From NCBI GenBank assembly GCA_003141955.1, contig PLOC01000003.1, forward strand, positions 462 to 64,461: 64,000 nucleotides of DNA. Reading direction: 5' to 3'. The stretch is from Chloroflexota bacterium. GTDB lineage: Bacteria > Chloroflexota > Limnocylindria > Limnocylindrales > CSP1-4. A model generated the notes under the pieces. The model was given only the letters and a program-made list of their open reading frames with translations, searched no databases and was not told where the DNA came from. Numbering within the stretch: the stretch's first letter is position 1; every line of letters begins with the position of its first letter. Made by a program: the position numbers and the translations under genes. Shown in pieces: positions 63,362 to 64,000 of the stretch.

Positions 63362-64000
63362 GCACCTCGACCGCGCCGGGGAGTGATCAGGCAGAAGAGG
63401 GAGCAGGACAGGGAGAAGGCGCCGCGGCTGAACCTCGCTACACGATAGGTGTCGATTTCGGGACCGAATCAGCGCGGGCCGTGCTGGTCGACGTTGCGGA
63501 TGGGCGAGAGCTGGGTGTGGAGGTCTACACGTATCGCAACGGCGTCATCGACGAGCGACTGCCAGACCCTGACGCAGACGTAATCCTCGCCCCGGACTGG
63601 GCGCTCCAGGATCCGAACGACTACCTGGAAACGTTCAAGCAGGCGGTGCCCGGCGCAGTCACGAAGGCGGGCATCGACCCGGCCGCGGTGATCGGGATCG
63701 GCATCGATTTCACGGCGTGCACGATGCTACCCACCACCAGCGATGGCACGCCGCTGTGCTTCTTGGACCAATATCGCCGTCAGCCGCATGCGTGGGTGAA
63801 GCTCTGGAAGCATCATGCTGCCCAGCCCGAGGCAGACGACATCAACCGCGTCGCGGCCGAGAGGGGGGAGATTTGGCCTGCCCGCTACGGAGGCAGGATC
63901 TCGTCTGAGTGGTTCTTTCCCAAGGCCCTGCAGATCCTGCGCGAGGCACCGGAGATCTACGCAACGGCCGACCGTCTGATCGAGGCGGCCGATTGGGTGG
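63358..64000 (+). CDS. araB: Ribulokinase (partial, runs off window edge)
   Basis: IGVDFGTES, WALQDP.DY, GIDFTACT, LWKHHAAQ, YGGRISSEW. Confidence 0.94.
   Translation, partial: MSTSTAPGSDQAEEGAGQGEGAAAEPRYTIGVDFGTESARAVLVDVADGRELGVEVYTYRNGVIDERLPDPDADVILAPDWALQDPNDYLETFKQAVPGAVTKAGIDPAAVIGIGIDFTACTMLPTTSDGTPLCFLDQYRRQPHAWVKLWKHHAAQPEADDINRVAAERGEIWPARYGGRISSEWFFPKALQILREAPEIYATADRLIEAADWV

Overview
This is a GC-rich bacterial chromosome segment. The gene content suggests a soil or wetland Chloroflexota- or Actinomycetota-like organism (inference only). Core functions are branched-chain amino acid synthesis (leuCD; ilvBNC-leuB-cimA-pheA behind a clear leader-peptide attenuator), upp/uraA, an MgtA-type ATPase and an araA-araD-araB operon. 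Accessory loci are: GT87 glycosyltransferases beside an MmpL transporter; a TasA-SipW fibre locus with a tandemly duplicated substrate gene, divergent from a PilZ gene; an orphan, degenerate lysine 5,6-aminomutase alpha homolog; an IS-like element with a passenger gene inserted in the upp/uraA terminator hairpin; and an unassigned DeoR-BtpA-phosphoesterase-FGGY-TIM barrel / APC permease-nucleotidyltransferase divergon. The strongest candidate novel system is a cytoplasmic HExxH metalloprotease translationally coupled to an insertion-bearing ComEC-like MBL hydrolase, a possible protease-activated nuclease defence module. Also present are a ~3 kb integrase island at tRNA-Gly(CCC) that duplicates the 5' half of the tRNA and carries a type IV TA-like pair, a decayed sibling element, and a single gene flanked by two related dif-like 11-6-11 sites. 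All family calls come from motif recognition by eye; no database searches were run.
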